Assembly (NCBI GenBank): GCA_009886115.1
Contig: VFJJ01000077.1
Span: forward strand, 1 to 53,766
Direction of reading: 5' to 3'
Source of the DNA: Actinomycetota bacterium
GTDB lineage: Bacteria > Actinomycetota > Acidimicrobiia > IMCC26256 > VFJJ01
Length of the DNA: 53,766 nucleotides
The position numbers and the translations under genes were made by a program. Below the pieces are notes generated by a model that was not told where the DNA came from, did not search any database, and saw only the letters and a list, made by a program, of their open reading frames with translations. Below, in pieces: positions 1 through 11,729 of the stretch. How positions within the stretch are numbered: position 1 is the first letter of the stretch; every line of letters starts with the position of its first letter.

Positions 1-18
1 ATCGTCGTTATGTCAAGT
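1..18 (+). other. Probable chromosomal dif (XerCD) recombination site, truncated by the window edge
   Basis: Bases 8-18 TTATGTCAAGT match the XerD-binding arm of actinobacterial dif as I recall it (M. tuberculosis-type ..GCCGATAA-N6-TTATGTCAAGT). They are preceded by a 6-bp candidate spacer TCGTCG (2-7) and an A at position 1 that could be the last base of the XerC arm. The rest of the XerC arm is outside the window. Confidence 0.6.
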
Positions 19-105
19 GGCTCGGCTTTATGTCAAGTGGCTCGGCTTCATGTCAAGTGGCTCGGCTTTATGTCAAGTGGCTCGGCTTTATGTCAAGTGG
101 CTCGG
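8..105 (+). repeat. Tandem array of five 20-bp units TTATGTCAAGTGGCTCGGCT
   Basis: Units start at 8, 28, 48, 68 and 88. Unit 3 has one T>C change (TCATGTCAAGT) and unit 5 matches for 18 bp. There are no unique spacers. Confidence 0.97.
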
Positions 106-166
106 GCTCGAAGGGGCTCCGCTGCGTCACGTTCCAGCTGGCGGCATCGCACACGAGGGTTGCGCT

Positions 167-811
167 GTGTCATCGTGGGGGCTCCCCCCGAGCGAGGGGG
201 CGCGAGACGAACGGTTCGAGGGGGTGGGGGCGCTGTTCCGACCGAGCTGGGATTCGGGCTGGAGTGGGCGGACGCGAGAGATCCGACGGTGGCAGGTCCT
301 GCTCGTCGCGCTCGCGATGTTCCTGGTGGGCATGCTCGTGGGCTCGTCGAAGGCCGGTGACGACGGCACCGGCGCGATCATCGTCGAAGCCGGCAACGGC
401 GGCACCACCGACGGTTCGACCCCCGACGCCGGATCGACGGCGAGCACGACGACGACCACGACGCCCGTCAGCAGCGCGACCCGTGCTGTGGGCGAGGTGA
501 AATTCCTGGTGCTCAACGGGGCCAAGATCCCCGGTGGGGCCCGTGACCTCACGAACGATCTCATCGGACGCGGCTATGCGCCGGAAGCGGCTGGTGACAC
601 CGAGCTGCACCCCCAGAACACCGTCTACTTCCACCCGACGTCCGAGCCCGACTGCAACGCCCTGGCGTCGATCGTCGCCGAGTTCACGGGCGCTCGCACC
701 GCGACCGTCCCGCTCTTCGACCCGGTGCAGATCCCGGCGGCCGCGGGCCTCGACTGCCTCGTCGTGCTCGGGCGCGATTTCGCGGTCACCGTCTCGGCAG
801 CCCCGGCCTGA
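167..811 (+). CDS. Membrane-anchored LytR C-terminal (LytR_C) domain protein
   Basis: One hydrophobic helix (VLLVALAMFLVGMLVG), a Thr/Ser-rich linker, then VLNGAKIPGGA...TVYF...LVVLGRDF, typical of LytR_C. Start moved to GTG 167 (GAGGG at 155-159) because the ORF-track N-terminus is translated tandem repeat. Confidence 0.75.
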   Translation: MSSWGLPPSEGARDERFEGVGALFRPSWDSGWSGRTREIRRWQVLLVALAMFLVGMLVGSSKAGDDGTGAIIVEAGNGGTTDGSTPDAGSTASTTTTTTPVSSATRAVGEVKFLVLNGAKIPGGARDLTNDLIGRGYAPEAAGDTELHPQNTVYFHPTSEPDCNALASIVAEFTGARTATVPLFDPVQIPAAAGLDCLVVLGRDFAVTVSAAPA

Positions 812-850
812 CCGTCACCCATCGACCGGCACGGCGGCGATAGCCTGCAC

Positions 851-1076
851 GGGCTGACGACATCGTGCGGGAGAGTCCTCGAGTGGCGCTGGTACAGGTC
901 GGGCGGGGCGCCGAAGGAGCAACCTCCCCGGAATCTCTCAGGCCACCGAACCGCACGGAACAGGCACCTCTGGAGAGCAGCCGGCCCGTCATCGGGACCG
1001 TCTCACCGACGGGGAAAGCGTCATCGGGCAGCCGGCTCGGCGGCGTGAATCTCTCAGGTCAAGCGACAGAGTGGGG
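851..1076 (+). ncRNA. Tandem glycine riboswitch (two aptamers)
   Basis: Aptamer 1: CGTGCGG-GAGAG...CGCCGAAGGAGCAA...AATCTCTCAGG...CCGCACG (864-957). Aptamer 2: CTCTGGAGAG...CACCGACGG...AATCTCTCAGG...GACAGAG (968-1071). It lies directly upstream of gcvP, with a -10-like TAGCCT at 841. Confidence 0.93.
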
Positions 1077-1177
1077 AACGGCCCGCCGGGCGTCCGGCGG
1101 GTGAACGAGCGGCGCGCCACGAACCATTCCGTTCGTGGCGGCCATCCCGCCCTGCACGTCGATCGCCGAGGTGGCCC

Positions 1178-4124
<2,947 letters not shown>

Positions 4125-4132
<8 letters not shown>

Positions 4133-4430
4133 CGTGGCCGGCACCCCGGCGCCCGGAGAGGCGCTCACGAGCCGATGGCTGGTCGCCGCGCTCGGAGCTG
4201 TCGGTGAGGGTGCGCCGTTGCCGCCGGCGACGGTCGATCGGGTCGCAGGAATCGTCCTCGACTTGGCCCGCGACGCCGCCCACGGGGTCGCCCGCCCGGC
4301 AGCCCCGCTCGGGGCCTTCGCCCTGGGGCTGGCCCTGGGACGCTCGGGATCGGGGCCGGGCGACATCGACGCGGTCGAGGATCTCGCCGCCACCATCGTT
4401 CGTGCCGCCGGCACCTTCGCGTCGGACTGA
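4125..4430 (+). CDS. Small DUF6457-like protein
   Basis: Motif [21 protein letters not shown] recalled from this actinobacterial family; overlaps the gcvP end by 8 bp. Confidence 0.7.
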
Positions 4431-4436
4431 GCCCCG

Positions 4437-4787
4437 ATGTCGGGTGCCGTCCGGGACGGAGGCGACGCCGATGCTGCTGCCCGGGCCGCCCAGGCCAAGG
4501 CGGCCAAGGTCATGCGGGCGTTCGTCAAGGATGGCCGGCTGGTGTCGATCCCGGCTGCTCGCGGCAAGCGCCTGGTCATCCTCGACCGGCTGGCGCAGGA
4601 GTTCGAGCCGGGTCGGCACTACCGCGAGACGATGGTCAACCTGATCCTGGGCCAGTGGCACGCCGACACCGCGGCGTTGCGGCGCTCTCTGGTCGACGAG
4701 GGCTTCCTCGATCGCGATCAGGGCTGGTATTGGCGTTCCGGCGGCACCTTCCTTGACGACGACCCGCCCGCACCCGAGCGACCTTGA
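4437..4787 (+). CDS. DUF2087 domain protein
   Basis: AFVKDGRLVSIPA..GKRLVILD..F..GR.Y.E..VN..L...H.D.A.LRR.LVD.GFL.R..G.YWR pattern. Confidence 0.85.
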   Translation: MSGAVRDGGDADAAARAAQAKAAKVMRAFVKDGRLVSIPAARGKRLVILDRLAQEFEPGRHYRETMVNLILGQWHADTAALRRSLVDEGFLDRDQGWYWRSGGTFLDDDPPAPERP

Positions 4788-4851
4788 CTACCTCGGCGCA
4801 GGTATGCCGGGATATGTCCCGAGTTTTGGCCACGGAGAGTGAGACTCTTGG

Positions 4852-4932
4852 TCAACTCCCCCCATCTGTCGTGCCGATAGAAGGGACAGGCGAGCCTGGG
4901 AGGCAGACCAAACACCACGAGACAAGGATGTC
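4852..4932 (+). promoter_or_regulatory. Putative sigma28 (FliA/WhiG)-type promoter and leader with two GGA-loop hairpins (CsrA-type sites)
   Basis: TCAA (4852-4855), 17 nt, GCCGATAG (4873-4880). Hairpins GCC-TGGGA-GGC (4894-4904) and GACA-AGGA-TGTC (4921-4932); the second contains the Shine-Dalgarno of the GTG at 4938. Confidence 0.5.
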
Positions 4933-4937
4933 GAACA

Positions 4938-5798
4938 GTGGACGCCATCGGGATGGAACCCCGCACGATGGTGTCTGCCTCCGCTCCTCTCGCGGTCCGG
5001 CCTCGGACCGAGAACACCGCCCGTGAAGTTCACGGTACCGATGTTCTAGGTCCCCCGCTCGGTGCCGCGGGGGAGATCCAGACGGTGGTCGGCCTCGAGC
5101 CCGCACCCGACAACGGCGGCAGCACCCAGACCAGCACCGACCCCGGCGCCGGCACCACCGGCACGGCGATCGGTGAAGACGCCAGTTACGCCGCCTTCGC
5201 CCGGGCCCACCGGGGAACGGGCGAGCAGGCCCCGGGGAGCTTCCCCTGGGACCGCAACCGTGATGGCTGGGTCGACGATCCGATCAGCCTGATGGAACGC
5301 CAGCACGCGGCCCAGGCCGAGGCTGCACGCAGCGCGGCACAAGCCGATGCCGCACGCATTGCCGCTCAAGCCGATGCCGCACGCATCGCGGCCAGGGCAG
5401 ACGAGCCGGATGCGGTGGCCCAAGAGCGCACCGCCGGCCGAGCCGTCGAGCCTCCGCCCGTCGCGTTCACACCGGGAGCGAGCCGTCCCGGCGAGTCATC
5501 GCCTCCGACGGCCGAGTTTCCCGAGATTGTGGTGCCCGGCCTCGACCGTCACAGCGGGGACGGGTCGGTGGCACAACGAGCCGCGGGTGCGACCGAGGAG
5601 CGGCCGCCGCCGGAGCCGGCCCGGGTCGAGCTGCACTCGATCACGCTCCGTGCGCCCCCCTCGCAGGCTCCCTCGCAGCCGGTGATCGCGGCCGCCACCG
5701 CTACCCCGGTCGCCTCCCCTGCTCCTCGACCGGAGCCCGCAGCGCGCTACTCGATCCCCGAGCTCGCGACGGCCTCGGTGTCGAGCCGCTACCTCTGA
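4938..5798 (+). CDS. Hypothetical Ala/Pro-rich protein with a DxNxDG motif
   Basis: 286-aa ORF filling the gap, AAGGA 9 nt upstream. Contains DRNRDGWVD and a 27-bp-period duplication (QADAARIAA, 5340-5386). No family recognised. Confidence 0.55.
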   Translation: MDAIGMEPRTMVSASAPLAVRPRTENTAREVHGTDVLGPPLGAAGEIQTVVGLEPAPDNGGSTQTSTDPGAGTTGTAIGEDASYAAFARAHRGTGEQAPGSFPWDRNRDGWVDDPISLMERQHAAQAEAARSAAQADAARIAAQADAARIAARADEPDAVAQERTAGRAVEPPPVAFTPGASRPGESSPPTAEFPEIVVPGLDRHSGDGSVAQRAAGATEERPPPEPARVELHSITLRAPPSQAPSQPVIAAATATPVASPAPRPEPAARYSIPELATASVSSRYL

Positions 5799-5802
5799 CC
5801 CA

Positions 5803-5847
5803 TCTGTGTGCAGAAAGCGTCGCCAGGCGACGCTTTCTGCACACAGA
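5803..5847. repeat. REP-like perfect palindrome (22-bp arms)
   Basis: TCTGTGTGCAGAAAGCGTCGCC-A-GGCGACGCTTTCTGCACACAGA followed by ACGGGGG; between convergent genes. Confidence 0.9.
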
Positions 5848-5883
5848 ACGGGGGTTGGCCCGTTGGCCCCGGCCAAGTGGGCG

Positions 5884-7998
5884 TCAGCCCAGGGCCAGAG
5901 CCACGGCGGCGGCGTCGAGGTTGGCGCCTTCGATGCGGCGCACCTCCCGACAATCGCCGACCACGTGATGGGCGACGCCTGCGGACGTGAGCTCGTCGGC
6001 CAGGCTCGTGTCGGGGCGCACGTCCGAGGTGACGATCACCGTGTCGGCGGGAATGTCCTCGGTCGAGGCCGAGCCGGAGTCGGAGTCGGAGTCGGAGCCG
6101 GAGCTGGCGCCCGAGCCCGCAGCCCCGGCATGGGTGACCACCACCGCGCTGGCCGTGATCTCCTGGGCGATCGCCCGATCGACGAGGCGGGCACCGGCGG
6201 TGTCGAGGTCGGAGACCAGCCGCCAACGCCCGGGGAGGCCCAGCTCGATGCCGAACACGTTGGTTGCCTCGACGAGGGTCACGTGCCGACCCCGAGAGAG
6301 CGCCAGGTGCCCGATCGACACGGCCGACTTCGCCCCACCGAGGATCACGACCCGCTGACCCACCGACGGACCGTCGGCGCGCAACCACGGCTCGAGCTCG
6401 GCGACGGTGCGCACGTGGGGCCGATCGGCCCCCGGGAGCGCACCTCTCCCCCACGTCCCGCCGGTGGCCACCACGACCTCATCGGCACCGAAGCCGGCGA
6501 TACCGGCGGCGGTCGCTCGCCGGCCCACGACCATGGTGACACCGGCCTGCTCGACCTGCCGGGTGAGCCAGCCGTTGTACCGGTCGAGCAGCCCGTCGGC
6601 CAGACCGGCGTAGGTGAGCATCCCGCCGAAACGATCGGAGGCCTCCCAGATCGTGACGGCATGACCGCGGCCGGCCAACAGGCGGGCGGTCTCGAGCCCG
6701 GCCGGGCCGCCGCCGACGATCAGCACCCGCCGCGGTGACGCCGACGGCTCCGAAAGAGGCGCGTGATCGTGCTCGCGGCCCGTCGACGAGTTGCCAACAC
6801 AGTGCAGCGACTCCTTCACGAAGATGTTGCCGATGCAGCGGTACTGGTAGATGCACGGCCGGATGTCGTCGACCCGCCCGGCGGCGAGCTTGTTGGGAAG
6901 GTCGGGATCAGCCAGGAGCTTGCGGCCCATGGCGATGAAGTCGGCCTTGCCTTCGGCCAGCACGGCCTCGGCCTCGTCGGGCTCCATGCGCCCGAAGGTG
7001 ATGACGGGGACGTCGACGCGGGCCTTGAGCGCCTTGGCGCACTCGGTGAGCGAACCGGGCTTGCCGGGCTCGAAGACGTGTGGGGCGTAGCCGTCGGTCG
7101 GGCCCGTGGCCACGTCGGTGTCGGCGTAGGCCGTGAGGTGCACAGCGTCGATCCCGGCTTCGACGGCCATCTCGATGACCACCACCTGGTCGTCGAAACG
7201 CTCACCGTCTTTCTTGTGGTGCTCGACGGAGTTGATGCGGATCCAGATCGGGAACTCCGTGCCCAGCCTGGCTCGCAGGGCGCGCAGGACCTCCACGAGC
7301 ATCCGGGCGCGGCCCTCGATCGAACCGCCCCAACCGTCGGTGCGGGTGTTGACCGCCGGCGACAGGAACATGTCGAGCAGATAGCCGTGCCCGGCATGGA
7401 GCTCGATGGCGTCGAAGCCCGCCTTCACGCAGCGCTCGGCGGCGTCGACGAACTGGCCGATGACCTCTGCGATGTCGGCCTCCGACATCACCTGGTACTC
7501 GAGCTTCGAGGTCGGCTGGGTGAACGGGCTCGTCATGGCGGCCATCTCGGCGTCGCTCACCATCATCGACACCCGGTCGGGGTTGGGAGGCTTGGGGATC
7601 GATGGGACGAGCTGCGGGAAGCCGCGCTGCGTGTCGAGGAGCGACATCTGGCCGTTGTGGACGAGCTGCGCGGCGATGCGGCCGCCGTGACGGTGCACCC
7701 GGGCGCACAGGTCGGACAGGCCGGGGAGGTACTCGTCGGACGAGGCCGCAACCTGGCGCTCGTCGAACGACGCGTGCGGGTAGGCGATCGACACCGATCC
7801 GACGAGCAGGAGGGCCGCTCCCCCGCGAGCCCGGGCCTCGAAGTAGGCCGCTTGGTTGTCGCTGATCGATCCGTCGAGGTTGCACAGCGAGTCGCCCATG
7901 GGGCACATGAAGATCCGGTTGCGCAGCTCGAGCGAGCCGATGCGGCCCGGGGCGAGCAGGTGGGCGAAGCGAGCGGGTGACTCGGTGGTCGTCGTCAT
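5884..7998 (-). CDS. NADH:flavin oxidoreductase (old yellow enzyme / 2,4-dienoyl-CoA reductase-like, TIM barrel plus FAD/NAD domain)
   Basis: LRNRIFMCPM, GFDAIELHAGHGYLLDMFLSP..N.RTD.WGGS, MGRKLLADPDLPNK, IVGGGPAGLE; AGGAAGG RBS. Confidence 0.92.
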   Translation of the reverse strand: MTTTTESPARFAHLLAPGRIGSLELRNRIFMCPMGDSLCNLDGSISDNQAAYFEARARGGAALLLVGSVSIAYPHASFDERQVAASSDEYLPGLSDLCARVHRHGGRIAAQLVHNGQMSLLDTQRGFPQLVPSIPKPPNPDRVSMMVSDAEMAAMTSPFTQPTSKLEYQVMSEADIAEVIGQFVDAAERCVKAGFDAIELHAGHGYLLDMFLSPAVNTRTDGWGGSIEGRARMLVEVLRALRARLGTEFPIWIRINSVEHHKKDGERFDDQVVVIEMAVEAGIDAVHLTAYADTDVATGPTDGYAPHVFEPGKPGSLTECAKALKARVDVPVITFGRMEPDEAEAVLAEGKADFIAMGRKLLADPDLPNKLAAGRVDDIRPCIYQYRCIGNIFVKESLHCVGNSSTGREHDHAPLSEPSASPRRVLIVGGGPAGLETARLLAGRGHAVTIWEASDRFGGMLTYAGLADGLLDRYNGWLTRQVEQAGVTMVVGRRATAAGIAGFGADEVVVATGGTWGRGALPGADRPHVRTVAELEPWLRADGPSVGQRVVILGGAKSAVSIGHLALSRGRHVTLVEATNVFGIELGLPGRWRLVSDLDTAGARLVDRAIAQEITASAVVVTHAGAAGSGASSGSDSDSDSGSASTEDIPADTVIVTSDVRPDTSLADELTSAGVAHHVVGDCREVRRIEGANLDAAAVALALG

Positions 7999-8091
7999 GG
8001 ACCCTTCCTATCCCACCGCGGGAGCTGACGCTAACGTCACAGAATGTCGGGTCGGACAGCTCCCGATCCCCATCCCCACGCGGAGGTTCCG

Positions 8092-9342
8092 ATGAGCACG
8101 ACCAACCAGACCCCGGGCGGCCCCGGCGCACCCAGCGCACCCGGCGCACCCGGCGACAGGTACACGCTGATCTCGGCCGACACCCATGCCGGCGGCTCGG
8201 TCGCCGACTATCGCCTCTACCTCGAGTCCCGCTACCGCGACGAGTTCGACGCCTGGCGGGGTCGATACTCGAACCCGTTCCGCGACCTCCAGGGCGACGG
8301 CCGCACCCGCAACTGGGACGACGACCGGCGCTGGCACGACCTCGAAGCCGACGGGACCGTCGCCGAGGTGATCTTCCCCAACACCGTGCCGCCCTTCTTC
8401 CCCACGGGGATCGTGATCGCCCGGCCGCCCCTCGCGTCGGAGTACGAGCTGCGCTGGGCGGGGATCAAGGCCCACAACCGGTGGATGGCCGACTTCTGCG
8501 CTCGGGCCCCCGAGCGACGGGCGGGCATGGCCCAGATCTTCCTCAACGACGTCGGCGACGCCCTGGGCGAGATCCGCTGGGCCAAGGAGGCCGGTCTGCG
8601 CGGCGGGGTGCTCGTGCCGAACATCCCGCCCGACCATCCCGAGCTGAAGCCCATCTACCACCCCGACTACGACCCCATCTGGGCGCTCTGCCAGGAGCTC
8701 GAGGTCACGGTCAACAGCCACTCGGGCACCGGTCTGCCCGACTACGGCACGCACGACTTCGCCATGACCCTGTGGGTGCTGGAAACGCCATTCTTCGCCC
8801 ATCGCCCGTTGGGGTTCATGATCATGGGTGGCGTCTTCGAGCGGTTCCCGGACCTGAAGTTCGTGATGACCGAGTCGGGCTGCGCCTGGGTACCCGAGAC
8901 CCTGGCTCGCCTCGACGGGCTGCACGGCGCGATGAAAGCCGGCCGCTCGGGTGAGGTCGGCTTCGACTCCTCCGCGGCTTTGCCGCTCAAGCCGTCGGAG
9001 TACTTCGACCGCAACGTGTGGATAGGTGTGAGCTTCCCCAGCCCGCGTGATGCCAAGGCCCGTCACAAGATCGGGGTGCACAAGTTCATGTGGGGCAACG
9101 ACTATCCCCACAACGAGGGCTCGGCGCCGTTCTCGAAGGAGGCCATCCGCCGCTCGTTCCTGGGCGCGACCCCCGAGGAGATGCACACGGTCTTCGCGCT
9201 GAACGCGTGCCAGGTCTACGGGTTCGAGCTCGACAAGCTCGCCCCGCACGCCGCCCACGCCGGCCCCACGGTCGCCGAGATCGCCGAGCCCTACGAAGGC
9301 GTCCCCGCCGGTGCCACCAGCCCGGCGTTCTACCAGCCGTAG
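8092..9342 (+). CDS. Amidohydrolase family protein (Amidohydro_2 type)
   Basis: ISADTH, GGVFERFPDLKFVMTESG, MWGNDYPHNEG; start at ATG 8092 after GGAGG. Confidence 0.9.
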   Translation: MSTTNQTPGGPGAPSAPGAPGDRYTLISADTHAGGSVADYRLYLESRYRDEFDAWRGRYSNPFRDLQGDGRTRNWDDDRRWHDLEADGTVAEVIFPNTVPPFFPTGIVIARPPLASEYELRWAGIKAHNRWMADFCARAPERRAGMAQIFLNDVGDALGEIRWAKEAGLRGGVLVPNIPPDHPELKPIYHPDYDPIWALCQELEVTVNSHSGTGLPDYGTHDFAMTLWVLETPFFAHRPLGFMIMGGVFERFPDLKFVMTESGCAWVPETLARLDGLHGAMKAGRSGEVGFDSSAALPLKPSEYFDRNVWIGVSFPSPRDAKARHKIGVHKFMWGNDYPHNEGSAPFSKEAIRRSFLGATPEEMHTVFALNACQVYGFELDKLAPHAAHAGPTVAEIAEPYEGVPAGATSPAFYQP

Positions 9343-9390
9343 GCCTCAGGCGGGGGCGCTCGGGAGCCCGCTCCGATAGCTTGCCCGCCC

Positions 9391-11685
9391 ATGAGCCAAA
9401 CGACCACGAGCGACGCCCGGGCCGGTGAAGACGAGACGACCGTCCACACGGTGACGTGCCCGTTGTGCGAGTGCATGTGCGGACTGCAGGTGCACGTTCG
9501 TGAGCGCGACCAGCAAGTGACGCTCATCAGGGCCGACCGAGACGACGTGTGGTCGAAGGGCTACCTGTGCCCCAAGGGCACCACGCTCGGCCACCTGCAC
9601 CACGATCCCGACCGTATCCGCGTGCCCATGGTGCGAGAGGGCACGCGCTGGCGTGAGGTCACCTGGGACGAGGCGTTCGACCGCTGCCAGGCACTGCTCG
9701 CGCCCATCATCGAGCGCGATGGCGTGAAGGCCGTCACGGCGTTCATCGGCAACCCGGTGGGCCACAGCTACTCGCTCGGCCGGTACGCCGCGCTCCTCAT
9801 GGGGCAGGCCAAGTTCCCGAGCATCTACTCGGCCGGGACGGTCGACCAGTGGCCCAAGAACGTGGCGTGCGTCCTGATGTACGGAAACATGTGGATGATT
9901 CCAGCACCCGACGTGCAGCGCACCGACTACCTCGTGTGCATGGGAGGCAACCCGCAGGCGTCCGGCGGCTCGTTGCTGGCGTGCCCCGACATGCTCGGCG
10001 AGCTCGACCGTATCCGTGCCGCAGGCGGGAGGGTCGTGGTCATCGACCCACGACGCACCGGCACGGCCGACCACGCCGACGAGTGGGTGCCGATCCTCCC
10101 CGGGACCGACGCCGCGTTCCTGCTCGCGATGTTGCAGGTGATCTTCGCCGAGGGGCTCGACACCCTGGGAGACTTGGCCGACGCGGTGAACGGGTTCGAA
10201 GCCGTGCGTGAGCTCTGTGCGGAGTTCACGCCCGAGTCGGTCGAGACCTTCACCCGGGTACCGGCAGAGACCACGCGTCGAATCGCGCGGGAGTTCGCGG
10301 CTGCACCCACCGGTGCGGTCTACGGCCGGATCGGCTTGTGCAATCAGGAGTTCGGGACCATGGCGTCGTGGCTGGTCGACGTCGTCAACATCGTCGTGGG
10401 CAAGTTCGACACGGTCGGCGGGATGATGTTCGGCAACCCGGTCAACTGGCCCTTGGCCTGGATGGCCAGCACTGCTCGCGACGGCGAGCCTCAGTTCGGG
10501 CGCTGGAAGTCACGGGTGCGAGGCGCGCCCGAGATCCTGGGCCAGGTCCCCGCATCGTGCCTGGCCGAAGAGATCGCCGCGCCTGGCGACGGTCAGATCA
10601 AGGGGCTCATCACGATCGCGTCGAACCCCGCGATCAGCGTGCCCGACTCGGCCCGGCTCGAGGAGGCCCTCCCGCTGCTCGAGTGCATGATCTCGCTCGA
10701 CAACCACCTCAACGAGACCACCCGCTTCGCCGACGTGATCCTCCCCGGCCCGTCACCGCTCGAGACGCCCCACTACGACGAGCTCATCTGGGGCTGGGCG
10801 GCCCGCAGCGCAGCCAACTGGAGCCCGGCGGTGTTCGAGCGCCCGGAGGGCACACCCGAGGAGTGGGAGATCCTGGCCCGGCTGGGCTGGCTCTGCGCCG
10901 GCAACACCAATGACACCTTCGACGTGAAGCCACTCGACGACGGGTTCTTCTCGGCGCTGTGCCGCTACAAGGGCCTCGACCCCGACGAGATCCTGCCGTT
11001 GTACGACGAGGGCGGCCCCGACCGCATGGTCGACCTGACGATCCGCACCGGGCCCTTCGGCGACTGGTACGAAACGGTGCCTGACGGGCTCACGCTGGAA
11101 TCGGTCAAGGCCCAACCGCACGGCATCGACATGGGCCCGATGATCCCCCGGGCCCGGGAGCTGGTGTGCACACCGTCGGGGAGGATCGAGCTGGCGCCGC
11201 CGTACATCGTGGGCGACCTGCCCCGCTTGCGGCAGCGCATGGCCGAGGCCGACGATCGCCGTGCCACGGCTGGCGATCGTGGTCCGACAGCCGGAGAGGA
11301 CCTGGTGCTCGTGAGCCGCCGTCACATCCGCTCGAAGAACTCGTGGATGCACAACGTGAAGGTGCTCGTGAAGGGCAAGGACCGCTGCACCCTCCTCATC
11401 CACCCTGCCGACGCCTCGGCGTGCCGGGTGCTCGACGGGAGCCTGGCCCGGGTCTCGTCGGAGGCCGGGTCGATCGAGGTGCCCGTCGAGGTGAGCGACG
11501 AGATGATGCCCGGGGTGGTGTGCCTGCCTCACGGATGGGGCCACGACAAGCCCGGAACCCGCCAGTCGGTGGCCCGCGAGCATGCCGGCGTCAACAACAA
11601 CCTGCTGGCGCCGGGACATTTCGTCGACGAGCTCTCGGGCAACGCCGCGGTCAACGGCATCCCCGTGGTGGTCGCTCCAGCCTGA
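9391..11685 (+). CDS. Molybdopterin-dependent oxidoreductase (DMSO reductase/MopB superfamily) with N-terminal 4Fe-4S motif
   Basis: TCPLCECMCG...LCPKG, VVVIDPRRTGTA..ADEW.PI.PGTD, C-terminal dinucleotide-binding domain (LLIHPADA, PGVVCLPHGWG); no Tat signal seen. Confidence 0.92.
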   Translation: MSQTTTSDARAGEDETTVHTVTCPLCECMCGLQVHVRERDQQVTLIRADRDDVWSKGYLCPKGTTLGHLHHDPDRIRVPMVREGTRWREVTWDEAFDRCQALLAPIIERDGVKAVTAFIGNPVGHSYSLGRYAALLMGQAKFPSIYSAGTVDQWPKNVACVLMYGNMWMIPAPDVQRTDYLVCMGGNPQASGGSLLACPDMLGELDRIRAAGGRVVVIDPRRTGTADHADEWVPILPGTDAAFLLAMLQVIFAEGLDTLGDLADAVNGFEAVRELCAEFTPESVETFTRVPAETTRRIAREFAAAPTGAVYGRIGLCNQEFGTMASWLVDVVNIVVGKFDTVGGMMFGNPVNWPLAWMASTARDGEPQFGRWKSRVRGAPEILGQVPASCLAEEIAAPGDGQIKGLITIASNPAISVPDSARLEEALPLLECMISLDNHLNETTRFADVILPGPSPLETPHYDELIWGWAARSAANWSPAVFERPEGTPEEWEILARLGWLCAGNTNDTFDVKPLDDGFFSALCRYKGLDPDEILPLYDEGGPDRMVDLTIRTGPFGDWYETVPDGLTLESVKAQPHGIDMGPMIPRARELVCTPSGRIELAPPYIVGDLPRLRQRMAEADDRRATAGDRGPTAGEDLVLVSRRHIRSKNSWMHNVKVLVKGKDRCTLLIHPADASACRVLDGSLARVSSEAGSIEVPVEVSDEMMPGVVCLPHGWGHDKPGTRQSVAREHAGVNNNLLAPGHFVDELSGNAAVNGIPVVVAPA

Positions 11686-11729
11686 AGGCCCGGTCTGGTT
11701 GTGGGCCTGGCTTCTCGGCGGTGGGCGGT

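Noticed and set aside
8..105. CRISPR array or plasmid iterons
   Set aside because: Units are contiguous with no unique spacers and no cas genes are visible. No rep gene or AT-rich unwinding region is in view, and the neighbours are chromosomal genes.
10..500. ORFs 10..360, 30..500 and the N-terminal 50 aa of 17..811
   Set aside because: They are translations of the 20-bp repeat in rotating frames; the plausible start is GTG 167.
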